A stretch of DNA of 64,000 bases. It comes from Callorhinchus milii. Its lineage: Eukaryota. Position numbers and translations under genes: made by a program. The DNA is taken from NCBI RefSeq assembly GCF_018977255.1, contig NW_024704742.1, forward strand, positions 16,308,001 through 16,372,000. Reading direction: 5' to 3'. Every line of letters begins with the position of its first letter. Position 1 is the stretch's first letter. This document shows positions 57,371 through 64,000 of the stretch, one piece after another. The notes below the pieces were generated by a model. The model saw only the letters and a program-made list of their open reading frames with translations. It was not told where the DNA came from and did no database searches.

Positions 57371-59614
57371 CTGCGAACTTACTTCATTTTTTTTAAGATT
57401 GTTAACATATTAATATATTGCTGGAAGGCAGTAGTTCCAAACCTTCCTTATACCTTGTGTTATTATTAACCTTTCCCCATCAGAGCGGAACAAAATGGTA
57501 TCAGCAATACAGCGGATTTTAAAAAGCAAATTTGCATATCAAAACGGACATTTCAGTTAAAATAGGAAACGTTATAATTGCATAAAACTGTAACACGAGC
57601 ATAATTTTTCCATTAACATCACACTGATTCTGACAGTGTCCATGCAGTCAGGCTCTGGAGATCATTAAAAAAGTCATTACGTGAATTAGTTCAAACACGC
57701 AGAGGACGTAGCTGATCTCAAAGCGAAACGTTTAAATCAAAGTTTATTTTAAAAAGAAATGGTATCCAAATTCTATGAGAGGAGCAGCAAGCATTCAACC
57801 ATTGCCATTGCCTTTATGGTTCCGCACTAATATAATAACAATAATTGAGACTGTCTGCAAGCGGAAGCTGTAATTACTCAGTCACATCTGCTGATAGCTC
57901 ATTTTACACAGAATGATTTGCAACATAATTTTATGCTCCCCTGTTTTCCCTTGGTAAACTCCCTAAGGATCTGTAATACCAAAATTAAAAAAAAATGAGT
58001 AGAGTGTCATGTTGTCTATTAGTAATGATTTAGATAGAAGAACTTGCATTCTTATAGCATTGAAAGATCTCAAAGCACTTCACTAGAAATTACTGTCGAG
58101 TGTAATGGCTGTTTTTGTATGCAATGTGACAATCAATTATGCCAACAAAGTCCCATAAACAGGCACAAGGTATTTGACCATTTCATCTGGAGATTGGCCA
58201 AAGTTCGCAAGGTACATGCAGTATGGGAGAGTATCTTGTGCAGCAAGACTTGGCATTTCTATCTATTCTCTCTGTGAGAAGCTTACTTAATGATTTAAAC
58301 GTACAGGAGATCCTGTTACAAATTGCTGTGCTTAAGTGCGATTTTCAAGTGTCCTGTAAACATGCAGTTGCCATGTGTAAAGTACTATGCTGCACATAGG
58401 GAGCAGGCCAACTCATGCCAGAAGCCCAAAGTGAAGTCAGTGGTGACCTCACCATCCATTTTTTGTTCACTGACCCAGTGTTTAATTTGCACTGTATTAT
58501 TTGCACCACAATTTACACTGTATCTAAAATAAAACAGAACTAACCATAATTTGGAGGTAAATGAGGAAGCCAATTTACACACAGCAATGTTGAACAAACA
58601 GCCATGAAGTGAATGATGAGTTGTATTTGGTAATTTTTTGACCAAGCCATTAAGGAAAACTTTTCTTTTCCAATAGTTCTGCAGGATGTTAAATATCTAC
58701 CTGAACAGGCAATTTTCACACAGCAATGACCCCCACACAGCTATGAAGTGACCAATTCTATTTGAGGGATTATTGGTCAGGACAAAAGGGAGAAACTCTG
58801 TTCTTCAAATAATATTATGAGCTCTTTAACGTCCATCTGAACAGGTGGGTCTTGATTTAATGTTTCATGCGAAGGCTGGCATCTAAGACAAATGCAGCAC
58901 ACTACCAGTACTACACTGGAGTGTCATCCTAGACTATATGAGTTCCAAGTCCCGATGTGAGGCCTGAACCCACAACCTTCAAACTCAGAGGCAATAGTGA
59001 AGCTCACTGAGGCAGCCTGACACACATCTTATCTGAAGGATGTCATCTCTGACAATGAATCACTCCTCAGGAATACACTAAAGTGTCAGCCTAGATTATG
59101 AGTTCAAAGTCCCAGCATGGGTGCTGAACCCAAAACCTCTGGCTCAGAGGTGAGAGTGCTACTAATTGAGCCAGACTGATACCTGGTGAACTGTTGGCCA
59201 CCTCATGAGAAACTTTCTTCTCTTTTTGAAGACCACCTGAACAGACAGCCAACACCCTGGTTTTACGTCTCTTCTAACCACCTCCAACATTGCAGCACTC
59301 CTCTAGCATTGCAGTGGATTGTCCTGGGATTGTCCTCTAATAATAATACTTGCATTTGACATAATGCTTTCAAAATGTCTCAAATCACTTCACAGGATTT
59401 TACTGTGAATGGTGTGACTATATTTGTAGGCAAAATGGCAGTCAATTTGCACTCTGGATGTCCCATAAACAGGCATGAAGTGAATGACCAATTTTATATG
59501 GGGATTGTTGGCCAGCACACTGGGAGATACTCCCTTCTCGAATAGTGCCATGGGATCTTTAAAGTCCACCGGAACAGGTAAATGGGACCTTGGTTTAACA
59601 TCTCATCCACTGAC

Positions 59615-59653
<39 letters not shown>

Positions 59654-59952
59654 CCTTGCATTTGATATAGCGCTTTTCACGTCGGGAGGACGTCCCAAAG
59701 CGCTTCACAGAACACATTGTAAAGTGAATTGACTGTATATTTGTGGGCGAACGCGGCAGCCAATTGCGCACAGTAATGTCCCACAAAGAGTCGTAGATTG
59801 AAAATAACCAATTTTATTATTGTTTTTGGTTTTGGAGGGATTATTATTAGGCTCTGTGTGGAGTAAGGAAACTCGCCCAAGGTTTCGCCCTGCCTGGAAT
59901 TGAACTCAGGTCTCTCGCTTGCGAGGCGAGTGCTCTAACCACTGAGCTACAG
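59615..59952 (-). mobile_element. young tRNA-derived SINE nested in an older Deu-type SINE
   Basis: long (AAT)n tail; flanks 59340-59614 and 59953-60077 are continuous halves of the older SINE. Confidence 0.88.
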
Positions 59953-60231
59953 CAATCCCCTGCACTGAATTGGAGTGTTAGCTTACACTATGAGCTCAAA
60001 GTCATGACATGGGACTTGAATCCACAATCCTCTGACTCAGAGATAAGAATCCTACCCACTGAGCCAGGCTTACACCTCTATCCCAATATAAATCTTGAAC
60101 ATACAACCTTCTAATCCAATGGTAACAGTGCTACACAATGGGCTAATACTATTGTGAATTATTGAGCTCTAGTCCCTAGTCCATTTGTAGGGATTTGTCC
60201 ACAAAATACAGAGTTGCTACACTTCCCAATG

Positions 60232-60631
60232 TGAAAGGCACTATATCTAATGACACATCTTATCATATCTTCGAGACATCTCAAAGTGCTTCACAGAATA
60301 TGCTGGAAAGTGAATTGACTGTATATTTTTTGGGGGTAAATGCAGTAGCCAATTCCACAACAGCAGTGTCCTACAAACAGTTGTGGATTGAGTGATCAAA
60401 TTATTATTTTTTTAAATTTTATTTATTTAATTTTTGAAGGGTTTATTACCCCTGGAAAAACAATTCGCCAGTCGACTAATAACTGGATTCCTACTTACTC
60501 TACTTACTCTAGGTGAACAGAGGTGTGTGGAGTAAGGAAATATGCCCAAAGTTTCGTCCTGCCCTGGAATCGAACCCAAGTCCTCTTGCTTGCAAGACGA
60601 GTGCTCTAACCACTAAGCTACAGGACTCCAC
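60232..60631 (-). mobile_element. tRNA-derived SINE, long subfamily
   Basis: reverse complement of consensus; another copy at about 61730-62056. Confidence 0.88.
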
Positions 60632-63600
60632 GTGTTTGCGTCTGTTATTAATAACACACCCAAATATAAGTGCTGAGTGTTCTCAGTGACTTCTGTTTTT
60701 ATTTCAGATTTCCAGCACCTGCAGTATTTTGTCCTTTTTTTCCAGCATATTACTTCACTTGTCTAAAGGGTCTAAAGTCACCTTATATGGAAGTAAATCT
60801 GATGAAACATTAGCCTGTACTGGAACCCTGACCCACAGCTGTGGAGATATAAAATGATTGCCTTAACAGCTACGTTCCTGGAATGTTCTGTGAGTCAAAC
60901 GTTTTACATTAATTTTGCTGAGCACTGCAATGACATTTGAAAGTGGAGGAGAAAAGGACAGTTTTTTCCCTCTGCATCTGGTGACTATATTGATCTTGCT
61001 GTAGGACAGAAAGGGCCAATCCTCACACACCTTTGGCAACAGAATCTATTCACACACAAACCCAGAACAAAATCAGTTAATAATCCTTGCATTTGATATA
61101 GCGCCTTATATCATCGATACGTCTCAAAGTGCTTCACAAGATATACTTAAAGGTGGTGTGATTGTGTGTTTTGTGGGCAAATGCTGTGTTTCACTACTCT
61201 CATACAGTGTGAATGTATAATATTCAGTGAAGATTTGTGAGTATCTTTGGGGGTGAAAGTAACACATTTGGTGTGAGAATTATCACATTGATTAAAATAG
61301 TTGTCAAAACTCTCAACAAAACAATAATACTCCTTGCATTTGATACAACTTTACTTCAAGAGGATGCCTTTACAGGATTTATTATAAAGTGTAGTGACTG
61401 TGTCCTTTATAGGCAATACTCATCACCCAGCTGCAGGGGTGTTCCCCCAGCTGTTCCCCTTCAGACTTCAACACTATATTTGGGACCGAATCTGGTCAAA
61501 GTATTCAGTACCCATCATTGTTGCCAAATGTAGAACGCAGTATTTGAGTGATGCTTCACCAGATTCCGGTAATCAAATTCTGTGATCAGCCACAATAACG
61601 GCAGACTTCAGCCTTTACTAGATTCAGCTCCTCTACGTGATACTGTCCGACACACATGGTGGGTTACTGCCTAAATTGAAGCTCCATGTAATAGCTGGCT
61701 GGGGATGTATTTACACATAATAATAATATTAATAATAATAATAATCCTTGCATTTGATATAGCGCCTTATCACGTCTTCAAAACGTTTCAAAGCGCTTCA
61801 CAGAATATCCCGTAAAGCAAATTGACAGCAGGGTCCCAAACACAGTCATGAATTGAGTGATCAAATTATTATTATTATATTTTATATGAGATTATTATCC
61901 CTGGAAAAGCAATCCGCCAATCGACTAATAACCAGGTTACTGCTTACTGCTAGATAAACAGAGGCGTGTGGGGTAAGTAACATTTCGCCGTGCCCAAGAA
62001 TTGTATCCGAGTCCTCTCGTTTGCAAGGTGAGTGCTCAAACCAATACTCTACAGGTATTCTGCAGTTGGTAGAAAGCAAAGATAATGGCACAAAGGAAGA
62101 TTTATCTGATTCAGAGCTAATTTTGAATGTTGTGCTATACGGATCTGTTTTGTACCATAAATGGTTATCATTTTTATAATATAATGATTTTCACTTTCTG
62201 CATACAGTCTCCTTTTATCTTTCTCTCTCCGGTGCAAGAATGGAGTTGGCTCTGGTGAGACCAGACAGCAGCCCCTACCTTATCTAGAGAGACTGCCAAT
62301 GTACAAACATTTATACAAGTGGCCTCAGAGCAATGAATCACTCCATCAACTCCATTTCCCCCCTGACGTGCTTCGTGATGGCACATTGCAGAACACTTCA
62401 GAAGATTCTTATTTAGCACCTGCCTCTGCTGCTTTGCTGGTATGTTTAATGGATTTTACAAACAAATTTAAAACTTATTTGAGTTGGGAATAAAAATGAA
62501 TTCAGATAATATGTTCCCAATTTGACAATTAGACTTGATACAGCATCATCCTAGACAGATACAACAGATGCCAAAATTAGAATTTTGATTCATATGTGGA
62601 AACGTCTCATGCACACAGCCTTGGGACAATTTAACCTGCTGGTGATCTGGAATGAGCACCCGAGCTGAGTTCAGAATGAAGGCAAATTCAGTTCAGATTC
62701 CAACTATCAGATTGTTTAATGTAACTCGCCTATTAGCATTGTGCCAGTCAATCTGAAACATAATTGATTCAAAATATTATTATTTTTGATCGGAATGGAA
62801 CAAAAGCATAATCTGAAAGGATTTTTCCCTCCTGATCCATTGGGGTATCCCCTGGTAGCATTCTGTCTTCTGAGTCAGGTGGATGTTAATGATCCCATGG
62901 CACTATTCAAAAAGAGAAAGGAGTTTCTCCCGATGTTGTGGCCAACAATTCCTCAAATAAAATTAGTCATTCACTGAATGGCTGTTTGTGGGAAATTCCT
63001 GTGAGCAAATTAGCCGCAGTGTTTGCCTACAACAGTCACTCCACTTCACAGTATATCCTATGATGTGCTTGGAGACATCCTCCTTATATGAAAGGTGCTG
63101 TATCAAATGCAAGGATTATATTTATCATCAGACTTGTACATTACCAGCTCTCTCATGTATTTTTTTTTCTATTTTCCTCTCTTTGCCCTTTATCTTTTTT
63201 TATTTTGATTCATCAAACATTTATCAAATTCTATTTTTAAAAAAACTTGGAAACTCACCATCAGTGCTACAAACTGGAAACATTACACTCGAGAAAAGGA
63301 TGATTTTTGTCTTTTTATGTTTCAAAAAGGCATACTTTCTGTCATTTTTAGCTCTGACATGTGATCCCTTATGGCACACGCCTCCAAGTGTCATGACAGT
63401 GCTGAAAATGGTATTCTTTAAGCAGCCACTAGTAAAGGGTGCTGTAAATTGAAATGATGTACTCCCAAAGTTGGTAGACTGAGGTGTGAGCCTGAGTTGT
63501 ACCACATGATGGCACAGTTTGTCAGTGCACCAACTCAACATCTCTATCCATGACTCAGTAACTCCATCTTCTCACCCCTCTGCAGGTTCTGTTTCCATGG

Positions 63601-64000
63601 CAACACTTGTTACATTAACAAATCCAATAGACTTATTATCTCGCTTATCGGTATATTTCACCCTGAGGGACATAGAGACCTTCGGGAATAATGAAACTTA
63701 GGCACATAATGTTTCAGACTTGCGCATTTGACAGCACTCTGAGTCAATTGAAGTGGATTCAAGTCCTACATTGTAACTTTGAGCTTTGGGTGTGCTGAAT
63801 TGATGCCATTCGGATGAGATGTTAAACAGAGGCTCCACCTGCCTGTTCGGGTAAATGTTCATGATCCCATAGCACAACTCAAAAGGAAAAAACACAACCA
63901 CCAGATCTTTTGATAAAAAAATGGTTATTGACTTCATGGCTCTTTGTGGGACATTGCTGTATGTAAATTGCCTGCTGCATTCATCTATTAACAATCGCCT

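Noticed and set aside
49100..64000. Short ORFs as exons of a third gene
   Set aside because: No recognisable protein motifs or chain of phase-compatible exons; most ORFs overlap SINE/LINE remnants. Small exons cannot be excluded.

Overview
Vertebrate genomic DNA, most likely a cartilaginous fish (inferred from tRNA-derived and Deu-type SINEs plus L2/CR1 LINEs), with one 30-N gap. Two spliced genes lie tail-to-tail. (1) The 3' part of the antiviral Ski2-like RNA helicase DDX60 on + (14 coding exons, 478-14611). (2) On -, a ~20-kb gene (ATG 37950, stop 18068-18070) whose hand-spliced product of about 1,400 aa is a chimera. It runs TRIM RING/B-box/coiled-coil, then a Nup98-type GLEBS (Rae1-binding) motif, a Ser/Thr-rich FxFG region, a RanBP2-type Ran-binding domain, and a RanBP2 IR1-like SUMO-E3 motif. 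One break near 21950-21975 is either a short intron or a frameshift. This TRIM-nucleoporin fusion is the main find. The rest is repeats: a near full-length L2 LINE, a CR1 split by a solo LTR, a second solo LTR in a DDX60 intron, many SINEs, and micro/minisatellites upstream of the TRIM gene. I found no convincing host exons in 41-64 kb. Protein comparisons are from memory, not database searches.
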